This document shows positions 1-9,455 of a DNA stretch of 64,000 nucleotides, in pieces. The stretch covers positions 20,956,995 through 21,020,994 of the forward strand of contig OZ037765.1 in NCBI GenBank assembly GCA_964035545.1. The letters run 5' to 3'. Both the position numbers and the translations under genes were made by a program. Position 1 is the stretch's first letter. The number at the start of each line of letters is the position of its first letter. Source of the DNA: Bugula neritina. Its lineage: Eukaryota > Animalia > Bryozoa. Below the pieces are notes generated by a model that had not been told where the DNA came from, ran no database searches, and worked only from the letters and a program-made list of their open reading frames with translations.

Positions 1-3000
1 CTGCGGTTGTTGGTACTGCGGTTGTGGGTGCTGCTGTTGTGGGTACTGCTGTTGTAGGTGCTACAGTTGTGGGTGCTGCTGTTGTTGGTGCTGCTGTTGT
101 TGGTGCTGCGGTTGTTGGTGCTGCGGTTGTGGGTACTGCTGTTGTGGGTACTGCTGTAGTAGGTGCTACAGTTGTAAGTGCTGCTGTTGTTGGTGCTGCT
201 GTTGTTGGTGCTGCGGTTGTTGGTGCTGCGGTTGTGGGTACTGCTGTTGTGGGTACTGCTGTTGTTGGTGCTGCTGTTGTTGGTGCTGCGGTTGTTGGTG
301 CTGCGGTTGTGGGTACTGCTGTTGTGGGTACTGCTGTTGTGGGTACTGCTGTTGTTGGTGCTGCGGTTGTTGCTGCTGTGGTATATGGTGTTGTGGTATT
401 TGATGTTGTATTATGCGGTGTTGTGGTATGTGATGTTGTGGTATGGGGTGTTGTTGTATATGATGTTGTGGTATGCGGTGTTGTGGTATGTGGTGTTGTG
501 GCATGAGGTGTTGTGGTATGTGGTGGTGTGGTATGTGGTGTTGTAGTATATGGTGTTGTGGTATATGGTGTTGTGGTTTGTGGTGTTGTGGTAGGTGGTG
601 TTGTAGTATATGGTGTTGTGGTATATGGTGTTGTGGTATGTGGTGGTGTGGTATGTGGTGTTGTAGTATATGGTGTTGTGGTATATGGTGTTGTGGTTTG
701 TGGTGTTGTGGTATGTGGTGTTGTGGTAGGTGGTGTTGTAGTATATGGTGTTGTGGTATAGGGTGTTGTGGTATATGGTGTTGTGGTATATGGTGTTGTG
801 GGATGAGGTGTTGTGGTATACAGTGTTGTGGTATGTGGTGTTGTGGTATGTGATGTTGTGGTAAAGGGTGTTGTGGTATATGGTGGTGTAGTATATGGTG
901 TTGTGGTATATGGTGTTGTGGTATGTGGTGTTGTGGTATGTGGTGTTGTGGTATATGGTGGTGTAGTATATGGTGTTGTGGTATATGGTGTTGTGGTATA
1001 TGATGTTGTGGTATATGGTGTTGTGGTATATGGTGGTGTTGTGGTAGGTGGTGTTGTAGTATATGGTGTTGTGGTATATGATGTTGTGGTATGCGGTGTT
1101 GTGGTTTGTGGTGTTGTGGTATGTGGTGTTGTGGTAGGTGGTGTTGTGGTAGGTGGTGTTGTAGTATATGGTGTTGTGGTATATGATGTTGTGGTATGCG
1201 GTGTTGTGGTTTGTGGTGTTGTGGTATGTGATGTTGTGGTATGGGGTGTTGTGGTATATGGTGTTGTGGTATATGGTGTTGTGGTATATGGTGGTGTTGT
1301 GGTAGGTGGTGTTGTAGTATATGGTGTTGTGGTTTGTGGTGTTGTGGTATGTGATGTTGTGGTATGGGGTGTTGTGGTATATAGTGTCGTGGTATATGGT
1401 GTTGTGGTTTGTGGTGTTGTGGTAGGTGGTGTTGTGGTAGGTGGTGTTGTAGTATATGGTGTTGTGGTATAGGGTGTTGTGGTATATGGTGTTGTGGTAT
1501 ATGGTGTTGTGGCATATGGTGTTGTGGTATACGGTGTTGTGGTATGTGGTGTTGTGGTATGGGGTGTTGTTGTATATGATGTTGTAGTATGCGGTGTTGT
1601 GGTATGTGGTGTTGTGGCATGAGGTGTTGTGGTATGTGGTGGTGTGGTATGTGGTGTTGTAGTATATGGTGTTGTGGTATATGGTGTTGTGGTTTGTGGT
1701 GTTGTGGTAGGTGGTGTTGTAGTATATGGTGTTGTGGTATATGGTGTTGTGGTATGTGGTGGTGTGGTATGTGGTGTTGTAGTATATGGTGTTGTGGTAT
1801 ATGGTGTTGTGGTTTGTGGTGTTGTGGTATGTGGTGTTGTGGTAGGTGGTGTTGTAGTATATGGTGTTGTGGTATAGGGTGTTATGGTATATGGTGTTGT
1901 GGTATATGGTGTTGTGGGATGAGGTGTTGTGGTATACAGTGTTGTGGTATGTGGTGTTGTGGTATGTGATGTTGTGGTAAAGGGTGTTGTGGTATATGGT
2001 GGTGTAGTATATGGTGTTGTGGTATATGGTGTTGTGGTATGTGGTGTTGTGGTATGTGGTGTTGTGGTATATGGTGGTGTAGTATATGGTGTTGTGGTAT
2101 ATGGTGTTGTGGTATATGATGTTGTGGTATATGGTGTTGTGGTTTGTGGTGTTGTGGTAGGTGGTGTTGTAGTATATGGTGTTGTGGTATATGATGTTGT
2201 GGTATGCGGTGTTGTGGTTTGTGGTGTTGTGGTATGTGATGTTGTGGTATGGGGTGTTGTGGTATATGGTGTTGTGGTATGCGGTGTTGTGGTTTGTGGT
2301 GTTGTGGTATGTGATGTTGTGGTATGGGGTGTTGTGGTATATGGTGTTGTGGTATATGGTGTTGTGGTATATGGTGGTGTTGTGGTAGGTGGTGTTGTAG
2401 TATATGGTGTTGTGGTATATGATGTTGTGGTATGCGGTGTTGTGGTTTGTGGTGTTGTGGTATGTGGTGTTGTGGTAGGTGGTGTTGTGGTAGGTGGTGT
2501 TGTAGTATATGGTGTTGTGGTATATGATGTTGTGGTATGCGGTGTTGTGGTTTGTGGTGTTGTGGTATGTGATGTTGTGGTATGGGGTGTTGTGGTATAT
2601 GGTGTTGTGGTATATGGTGTTGTGGTATATGGTGGTGTTGTGGTAGGTGGTGTTGTAGTATATGGTGTTGTGGTTTGTGGTGTTGTGGTATGTGATGTTG
2701 TGGTATGGGGTGTTGTGGTATATGGTGTTGTGGTTTGTGGTGTTGTGGTAGGTGGTGTTGTGGTAGGTGGTGTTGTAGTATATGGTGTTGTGGTATAGGG
2801 TGTTGTGGTATATGGTGTTGTGGTATATGGTGTTGTGGCATATGGTGTTGTGGTATACGGTGTTGTGGTATGTGGTGTTGTGGTATGGGGTGTTGTTGTA
2901 TATGATGTTGTGGTATGCGGTGTTGTGGTATGTGGTGTTGTGGCATGAGGTGTTGTGGTATGTGGTGGTGTGGTATGTGGTGTTGTAGTATATGGTGTTG

Positions 3001-4130
3001 TGGTATATGGTGTTGTGGTTTGTGGTGTTGTGGTAGGTGGTGTTGTAGTATATGGTGTTGTGGTATATGGTGTTGTGGTATGTGGTGGTGTGGTATGTGG
3101 TGTTGTAGTATATGGTGTTGTGGTATATGGTGTTGTGGTTTGTGGTGTTGTGGTATGTGGTGTTGTGGTAGGTGGTGTTGTAGTATATGGTGTTGTGGTA
3201 TAGGGTGTTGTGGTATATGGTGTTGTGGTATATGGTGTTGTGGGATGAGGTGTTGTGGTATACAGTGTTGTGGTATGTGGTGTTGTGGTATGTGATGTTG
3301 TGGTAAAGGGTGTTGTGGTATATGGTGGTGTAGTATATGGTGTTGTGGTATATGGTGTTGTGGTATGTGGTGTTGTGGTATGTGGTGTTGTGGTATATGG
3401 TGGTGTAGTATATGGTGTTGTGGTATATGGTGTTGTGGTATATGATGTTGTGGTATATGGTGTTGTGGTTTGTGGTGTTGTGGTAGGTGGTGTTGTAGTA
3501 TATGGTGTTGTGGTATATGATGTTGTGGTATGCGGTGTTGTGGTTTGTGGTGTTGTGGTATGTGATGTTGTGGTATGGGGTGTTGTGGTATATGGTGTTG
3601 TGGTATATGGTGTTGTGGTATATGGTGGTGTTGTGGTAGGTGGTGTTGTAGTATATGGTGTTGTGGTATATGATGTTGTGGTATGCGGTGTTGTGGTTTG
3701 TGGTGTTGTGGTATGTGGTGTTGTGGTAGGTGGTGTTGTGGTAGGTGGTGTTGTAGTATATGGTGTTGTGGTTTGTGGTGTTGTGGTATGTGATGTTGTG
3801 GTATGGGGTGTTGTGGTATATGGTGTTGTGGTATATGGTGTTGTGGTATATGGTGGTGTAGTATATGGTGTTGTGGTATATGGTGTTGTGGTATGTGGTG
3901 TTGTGGTATGTGGTGTTGTGGTATATGGTGTTGTGGTATGCGGTGTTGTGGTTTGTGGTGTTGTGGTATGTGGTGTTGTGGTAGGTGGTGTTGTAGTATA
4001 TGGTGTTGTGGTATATGGTGTTGTGGTATATGACGTTGTGGTATGCGGTGTTGTGGTATGAGGTGTTGTGGTATGCGGTGTTGTAGTAGGTATTGTGGTA
4101 GGTATTTTGGTAGGTATTGTGGTGGTTACT
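1..4130 (-). repeat. Coding minisatellite: 15-bp unit (ACCACAACACCA+NAT type) with three higher-order blocks
   Basis: Rare variant units recur at offsets of 1116 and 1326 bp (gggatgagg at about 800/1916/3242; gtaaaggg at about 861/1977/3303; near-identical shadow ORFs start at 473/1589/2915). Confidence 0.95.
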
Positions 4131-4207
4131 ATAATAGAGTTAGTTATAGAAACAGATGTAACCAATAAAAAGGTCATCACTGCCATGCATTTACTGAACG
4201 TTTCCAT
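1..4207 (-). CDS. Gene A: first coding exon of a mucin (signal peptide plus a Tyr/His-containing PTS tandem-repeat domain); 3' end lies outside the window
   Basis: ATG at 4207 follows acceptor ttgcag|gtttcg (exon starts 4226). Reads METFSKCMAVMTFLLVTSVSITNSIIVTTTIPTKIPTTIPTTTPHTTTPH..., then 15/18-bp units TTTP[Y/H/Q/P/L], then TTAAP/TTAVP below about 380. The codon frame at 4207 matches the frame at positions 26-40 and no stop was seen. The N-terminus is homologous to gene B (MQEAFSKCVAVMAFLLITS). Confidence 0.88.
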   Translation of the reverse strand, partial: METFSKCMAVMTFLLVTSVSITNSIIVTTTIPTKIPTTIPTTTPHTTTPHTTTPHTTTSYTTTPYTTTPYTTTPPTTTPHTTTPQTTTPHTTTPYTTTPHTTTPHTTTPYTTTPYTTPPYTTTPYTTTPYTTTPHTTTSHTTTPQTTTPYTTTPPTTTPPTTTPHTTTPQTTTPHTTTSYTTTPYTTTPPTTTPPYTTTPYTTTPYTTTPHTTTSHTTTPQTTTPHTTTSYTTTPYTTTPPTTTPQTTTPYTTTSYTTTPYTTTPYTTPPYTTTPHTTTPHTTTPYTTTPYTTPPYTTTPFTTTSHTTTPHTTTLYTTTPHPTTPYTTTPYTTTPYTTTPYTTTPPTTTPHTTTPQTTTPYTTTPYTTTPHTTPPHTTTPYTTTPYTTTPPTTTPQTTTPYTTTPYTTTPHTTPPHTTTPHATTPHTTTPHTTTSYTTTPHTTTPHTTTPYTTTPYATTPYTTTPYTTTPYTTTPYTTTPPTTTPPTTTPQTTTPYTTTPHTTTSHTTTPQTTTPYTTTPPTTTPPYTTTPYTTTPYTTTPHTTTSHTTTPQTTTPHTTTSYTTTPYTTTPPTTTPPTTTPHTTTPQTTTPHTTTSYTTTPYTTTPPTTTPPYTTTPYTTTPYTTTPHTTTSHTTTPQTTTPHTTTPYTTTPHTTTSHTTTPQTTTPHTTTSYTTTPYTTTPPTTTPQTTTPYTTTSYTTTPYTTTPYTTPPYTTTPHTTTPHTTTPYTTTPYTTPPYTTTPFTTTSHTTTPHTTTLYTTTPHPTTPYTTTPYTITPYTTTPYTTTPPTTTPHTTTPQTTTPYTTTPYTTTPHTTPPHTTTPYTTTPYTTTPPTTTPQTTTPYTTTPYTTTPHTTPPHTTTPHATTPHTTTPHTTTSYTTTPHTTTPHTTTPYTTTPYATTPYTTTPYTTTPYTTTPYTTTPPTTTPPTTTPQTTTPYTTTLYTTTPHTTTSHTTTPQTTTPYTTTPPTTTPPYTTTPYTTTPYTTTPHTTTSHTTTPQTTTPHTTTSYTTTPYTTTPPTTTPPTTTPHTTTPQTTTPHTTTSYTTTPYTTTPPTTTPPYTTTPYTTTSYTTTPYTTTPYTTPPYTTTPHTTTPHTTTPYTTTPYTTPPYTTTPFTTTSHTTTPHTTTLYTTTPHPTTPYTTTPYTTTPYTTTPYTTTPPTTTPHTTTPQTTTPYTTTPYTTTPHTTPPHTTTPYTTTPYTTTPPTTTPQTTTPYTTTPYTTTPHTTPPHTTTPHATTPHTTTPHTTTSYTTTPHTTTSHTTTPHNTTSNTTTPYTTAATTAAPTTAVPTTAVPTTAVPTTAAPTTAAPTTAAPTTAVPTTAVPTTAAPTTAAPTTAAPTTAALTTVAPTTAVPTTAVPTTAAPTTAAPTTAAPTTAAPTTVAPTTAVPTTAAPTTAVPTTA

Positions 4208-4379
4208 AGTTTTCTTTTCTCGAAACCTGCAATTCAAAAATATTCCATTTCGGTGGTTTTATCTTCCACCGGAAATCAGAATCTAGCAACCTATTTCAAC
4301 TTCATTTGATAGAAAGAGAGCCTAATTTTAAGAATAAAACATATTATTTCGTTGAAAATACACACACACACGTTTGCAT

Positions 4380-4502
4380 ATGCATTTACATTCACATTTA
4401 CGTTTCCGTTTGTGTTTGGGTTTTCGTATGCGTCCGCACGCACATTTACATTTACATTTGCATTTGCATTTACATTTAAATTTACATTTACATTTTCATT
4501 TA
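4380..4502. repeat. Degenerate (CATTTA)n hexamer simple repeat in gene A intron 1
   Basis: cacatttacatttacatttgcatttgcatttacatttaaatttacatttac; it produces the spurious NVNV/FTFT ORFs. Confidence 0.8.
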
Positions 4503-5632
4503 CTGATATATACATTTTTTTATATATATGGCAGATAGCATACTGGTGTAATATTGGTTTTCTTACTATTTTTTCATGTGATCATGTCACAATCATCAGA
4601 TAAAAACGTTATAACAGGGAACATGAGTAATATAATAATAATTAATATAAATAAACAAAACAAGTGTTGGAGACATTACAAAATAATTTTATGAGCTTGT
4701 GTTACTTTTTCTAAGAGAAAAGCAGTTTTATTCAGCGCATTTGCAAACTCACAGCTGATGAGATGTTTGACATAACAAAAAAATACAAAGTGGGGAGACT
4801 TGTGAACTCCTCGGCTCTATTCTCCTATATATTGTGGCCAATGAACATGATCATAACTCTAGTTTGTCCTTATTTTTGAAAGTTACAACTAGTTCTATCA
4901 AAGCCATAAAGAAAGGTATAACTGCATCTTTAAACAGGAGTTGAAAAACAATTGGCATCAACAAGAAATGATATGACTTTTTTATAAATTTACCTTAACT
5001 TCAACACTGGAATTCACAAACCACAAAATATGCTTAAGAATACTCTGAACATATTTATGTAAAATTAATCTTTTACCCTTCATATACTCAATAATTCGTC
5101 TTTGAATTCATCAACAGTCACCTTTCCTCTATAGGCTATTATTTTTTATGATTGATAATTAGCAACTCACTTAAATTTCCACAACACAACTGCATGAACA
5201 CAACTATAAACTTGAATATCTTTAAGCTTGCAACTAATGCCAAAAAGTAGCTCTGAAAAAAAAACAAATAAAACCTTGTTCTGTGCTGATGAAGTCACCA
5301 ATTGTGAAAAGTTTCAGTGCACAGCTTGAATGGCTGAGTAGTTTGTGTGTCTAGAGTTGATTGTATATAGAAATTACTAAATTTTTGTAGAGAATGCAAA
5401 TGTTAAACTCTTGCAGTACAATATTCTGCTAAACAACCAGTTCAACTTTTTACACACATTGCTCAAAACTGCAAGCATCTTTAAACGACATTCTTATTGA
5501 TCAACAGTTATCGGTTTATGTTTTGTTGGATTTATTATGATTCCTAATAAATTTCATTTGGTTTTTTTGCTAACACAAAGATAACTTAGAAAGTTAACTT
5601 ATCAATATGTCACAGCTTAACTGCTTGCTTAC

Positions 5633-5700
5633 CTTTATTAGTTAGCTTTCTGTTTTAAAAGGCTTTGCTTTTTTCCTCCCTCACTATCATCCCCACAGGA
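5633..5700 (-). other. Putative non-coding 5'-UTR exon of gene A (5' boundary unknown)
   Basis: Donor AG|GTAAG at 5633/5632, inside a block conserved with 30476-30545 upstream of gene B, which has the same donor. An acceptor directly precedes the ATG exon in both genes. Confidence 0.55.
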
Positions 5701-6120
5701 TTCAAATGCAAGCACATTTTGTAGTAAAATATGATCGCTTTGTTTTACAGCACAAGCGTTCATACAAGCACATACTTACTGAGATGTTTATTCACTTTGG
5801 TTAGTATTATTTGACCTTTTGTTATTTTCTTATTTCAATTTTTTTATGTAATTTCAAACAATTAATTTGCTTTATGTTAATATTGATTCAAATGTAATCA
5901 ACTCCGTCATGTGAGCAAATTTTGTACTAAAATTTATGATCGCTTTGTTATTATAAGTTTTCAGCATTGTTAATAACAGTTCAGTCATTCATACAAACAC
6001 ACCTTCGTAAGATGTTTATTCACTTTGGTTAGGCTTATTCGACATTTTGTTATTCAATTATTTCAATTTCTTTATATAATTTCAAACAATTATTCTGTTT
6101 TATTTTGATATTGATTTATT
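5700..6120 (-). promoter_or_regulatory. Putative proximal promoter of gene A, locally tandem-duplicated (about 200-230 bp unit)
   Basis: Two similar copies (about 5700-5890 and 5886-6120), both homologous to the single copy at about 30545-30780. The 22-mer gatgtttattcactttggttag is identical at 5783, 6011 and 30666. Confidence 0.5.
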
Positions 6121-6212
6121 CAACTATGCATGTAGACATGGTGACAGCCTGCACCACTCCATTGTTTATAGACACTATTGGGTTGGTTCTGTATTTGTTA
6201 CATATTATAGTA

Positions 6213-6610
6213 AGCGTAAGGCCACACAAAGCCGCTAACCCATCTAGCCCAAAAATGGGCTGTTATATTCAGGTTTTCATACAGGTAGTATGCTGATTTA
6301 ATTGGCTGGTTACCGTTTAGCGAGTACACTTTTTTAATTTCAATTCGAATTTTAGTTTTTAGCGAACTGAATTAGAACGGTTTCATGTAGTTTGCATTTC
6401 CACTTTTATAATGTCTAAAGTCGCTTTGCCGATGTTGTAGATTTAAAAACAAACGTCTGTAGGCAAGCAGTAAGGTTACACTTCAAGATCATTAGCGAAT
6501 AAATTTCCACACTCACGATACAGGCATTGTGTGTAGCAGGTTGCTCTCGGGACGGGTTTTCATAAAATTCGACTGGCATGAGAAAAACTCGCATCGTGTG
6601 GCCCGACGCT
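6213..6610. mobile_element. MITE-like non-autonomous DNA element (about 398 bp)
   Basis: Left end agcgtaaggccacacaaagc versus reverse complement of right end agcgtcgggccacacgatgc (16/20 match). The segment is absent from the otherwise colinear region upstream of gene B (about 30860). Confidence 0.65.
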
Positions 6611-6824
6611 CTATGAATAGGAATCTATCAAGTCAAAATATATATGTTACGCAAAGTATATAAATAAAATATGAATCTGTGACTCCAAACATCCAACTGT
6701 GTTTTATCTAATTATGTATTTGCTATAATTTGAGCTAAAGGTTGATGTATAATTGCTTCTGGGTGCTTTAAATTCTCTATCCCTAATTTATATATGTACC
6801 AAAAGTGTTTGCGAGTGCTAGCTT

Positions 6825-6915
6825 GGGAGCAGCTGTGGCCCAGTGGTTAGAGCGTTTGCTTAGTAAACACAAAGTCTAAAGTTCGAATCCTGACAGGGGC
6901 CATTAGTGATGCTAT
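6825..6915 (+). mobile_element. tRNA-derived SINE, 5' part (3'-truncated at the TAGG array)
   Basis: A-box-like tggcccagtgg (6836) and B-box gttcgaatcc (6881), followed by ggccattagtgatg shared with the copies at 16185, 30895 and 35066. Confidence 0.7.
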
Positions 6916-6924
6916 AAAGAAAAA

Positions 6925-7260
6925 GTAGGTGGCTAGGTAGGTGGGTAGGTAGGTAGGTAGGTAGGTGGGTAGGTAGGTAGGTAGGTAGGTAGGTAGGTAG
7001 GTAGGTAGGTAGGTAGGTAGGTAGGTAGGTAGGTAGGTAGGTAGGTAGGTAGGTAGGTAGGTAGGTAGGTAGGTAGGTAGGTAGGTAGGTAGGTAGGTAG
7101 GTAGGTAGGTAGGTAGGTAGGTAGGTAGATAGGTAGGTAGGTAGGTAGGTAGGTAGGTAGATAAGTAGGTAGGCGGGCAGGCGGGCAGGCGGGCAGGCGG
7201 GCAGGCGGGCAGGCGGGCAGGCGGGCAGGCGGGCAGGCGGGCAGGCAGGTAGGTAGGTAG
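6925..7260. repeat. (TAGG)n / (CAGGCGGG)n compound microsatellite
   Basis: Seen directly; gives the spurious LPTY/PACP ORFs. Confidence 0.97.
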
Positions 7261-7703
7261 ATTATTAGAAACACTCCAGACTAGATGCAATAAAGATATA
7301 TCCATAGTTTATTCAAACAGCATTTTGTTGATGAAATTTCATTCAGAGAAAAGAATTGATAAGTTAGCTTGTTAATCTATGATTGTTTTAATCTATAGTA
7401 CCAACAAGACCATGTGTGTATGAAAAACTTACTTTCAAAGTGCCCCCAAGTAAAATCAACTCACCTCCATATTTTTAGTAATAAAATACATTATTAATGT
7501 CAAATACTTTTAAGAAAGAAATTGTTAGAGATATTTGTACAACTCATTGTAGAGTTGTCAATAATAAATTTATAAGCTCTGTCTATAAATAAAATAGTTT
7601 GTACTCATCAATCAAAAGTACTTTTTAGCCTTTTCTTGTTATTTTGTAAACTTGTCAAACTTTTAGGGCAGAAAGAAAAATATTAAATTTATTACATCCA
7701 TAG

Positions 7704-9455
7704 TTGTGGAAGATTCAAGCTCTGTACCAAATCTTACTGAATATGTGAGAATGGAAGCTAAAAATAATGCCATCACCTTCAATTATTACACAGCAAGAAA
7801 AGATGTAGAATTTTATTATAGCCATTTAAGTTAAATATAGCATATATATAAATAATTTTTTTTCAGTTCTAAAAAGTAATCCCTCAGTTGCAAGAATTTT
7901 TAAATATTTTATCAACTGAAAGTGCTTATGCAATATCATACTTTGAAGATTTAGAACAGCTGTGTAGCCGAAATATAAAGTTAGTGTTTGATTTAATGAT
8001 AGTTTCCTGTGAGAGATGAAATTCTACTAAAGAGGACATTAGCCCATGTGGGAAATGAAGTCAGCTCTGTCAAATCTTGTCACTTCATTCAAGCTGAAGC
8101 TCATTTTAACTATACAAGGTACAGTATACATAATATAATGTGCTGCCAACTAAACCCACATGCATCAATGCAGATCTAACAGTGTAATTGGCTATTGCAT
8201 TTCATCTTAAGAGATTGTGCAGCAGAAGTTTGCAACATTTAAGCTAAGTTTTGGATAAAAGTTTGTAATATGCTATTTCGTGAAAAGGAAATGTTTGGTT
8301 TTTGTTCTCACGAACTTATTAGGATTAGTATATTAAATTTTATATTATCATGTGCTGTTATATATATATTCATATATGTCAAATAAAAAAGAAATATATA
8401 TATATATATATATATAATATATAAATATATATGTGTGTGTGCGTGCGTGTGTGTGTGTGTGTCGAATAAAAAATATGACGTATTAATATACAACAAAGAT
8501 ATAAATTTACAGTTAGGTACTCATTTTCTTGCTACATGGTTATAGGCACAGTTTGAAAAGAAGTTAAGAGACGGCAACTTTTTGAGAACATAATATTATT
8601 TGTAATATTTCTAATCTAGAGCACAGACTTCTTTCGATTTCTTTCAATTATTCAACCTACTTTAAAATTTTAGGGTACTGGTTTACTACAAGTTTGGGCA
8701 AGGGTTTTTTCAAGCATGCTAAGAACGTGGTTGTATAGTGGCAAATGAGTACTTAGGACTAAATGCTCTTCCCAACATCAGAAATGGCTTTTACTATAGG
8801 AATTGCCTTTGTGTTTACCACTGAACTGAAACTATAATTTATAGAGGTTATAGTTCAATGGTGTTTATTATAAACCCGTGCTCTATGTAGTCACTAGACC
8901 ATGGCTGAAGTGTTCATATTTTGTAGTGACGATTCCAATAAAACTGCTATATTTGATCAAGAAAGCTTCGCCAGAACTCCAGGACATGTCGGCTACAAGA
9001 ATAATGGAAAACAGCAACTAACTTTCTATGCCTTTGTAACAAAGTATGGGTATCTGAGTGCCACAGATCTTCTTGAAATTGTGATCCAAGTATCTAAAAA
9101 CACTTCAAACCCAGTTGGTAATTAAATTCATCATTAATTATGTTGTAACGCTTCAATAGTTATATAAAAACTTATATTATTTATATATTTGATTCTTTTT
9201 TAAAGCATTTAATTTACTCAACTTTTTAGCTACAAAATGCTTGATTGTAATTATACTATTAAGCTGTTTTGCAGAAATTTACATTACTGTTATTGAGGAT
9301 GAGTCATTGGAACAAACCACCAGCACTGTAAGCTCAGATGATACTGAAAGAAGTAAAGTAGCAGATGAGTTACCAATTGCAGCGGGAATTTCTGCAGGAG
9401 TGTTACTTTTGATTGCTGTTACATTGGTTATTCACTTCAAAGTTGAAAAATCCCG
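7704..9455 (+). CDS. Gene/fragment D: juxtamembrane domain plus TM of a divergent mucin paralogue (5'-truncated gene, mini-gene or young pseudogene)
   Basis: Exons 7704-7804 (VEDSSSVPNLTEYVRMEAKNNAITFNYYTARKD), 8003-8118 (FPVRDEILLKRTLAHVGNEVSSVKSCHFIQAEAHFNYT), 8927-9117 (SDDSNKTAIFDQESFARTPGHVGYKNNGKQQLTFYAFVTKYGYLSATDLLEIV...) and 9275-9455 (TM LPIAAGISAGVLLLIAVTLVIHF). Same order and intron phases (1-0-2-1-2) as gene B exons 26-29 and gene C exons 21-24. A probable tail exon starts at 10154 (RKKNLNEAVFEEQEE...). Donors at 7805 and 9456 are weak. Confidence 0.72.
8393..8462. repeat. (TA)n/(TG)n microsatellite
   Basis: Seen directly. Confidence 0.85.

Noticed and set aside
24-4061. Plus-strand Val/Gly-, Cys/Trp- and Leu/Trp-rich ORFs and minus-strand PQHHI ORFs
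   Set aside because: Shadow frames of the gene A repeat. Only the TTTP frame has a signal peptide, a splice acceptor and a paralogue, and it is uninterrupted.
1-4130. Regular short repeats as a possible CRISPR array or telomeric tract
   Set aside because: No unique spacers, no cas genes, eukaryotic context, and unit lengths are multiples of three within a coding frame.
6825-6900. Possible tRNA gene (also 31590-31660)
   Set aside because: A/B boxes are present but no convincing acceptor or anticodon stems; the 6825 copy continues into a body shared with dispersed copies, so SINE is more likely.
6847-7305. LPTY-repeat ORFs (also 31291-31626), IYIY ORFs (27265-27527) and TLHTAHC ORFs (55661-55913)
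   Set aside because: Translations of microsatellites.
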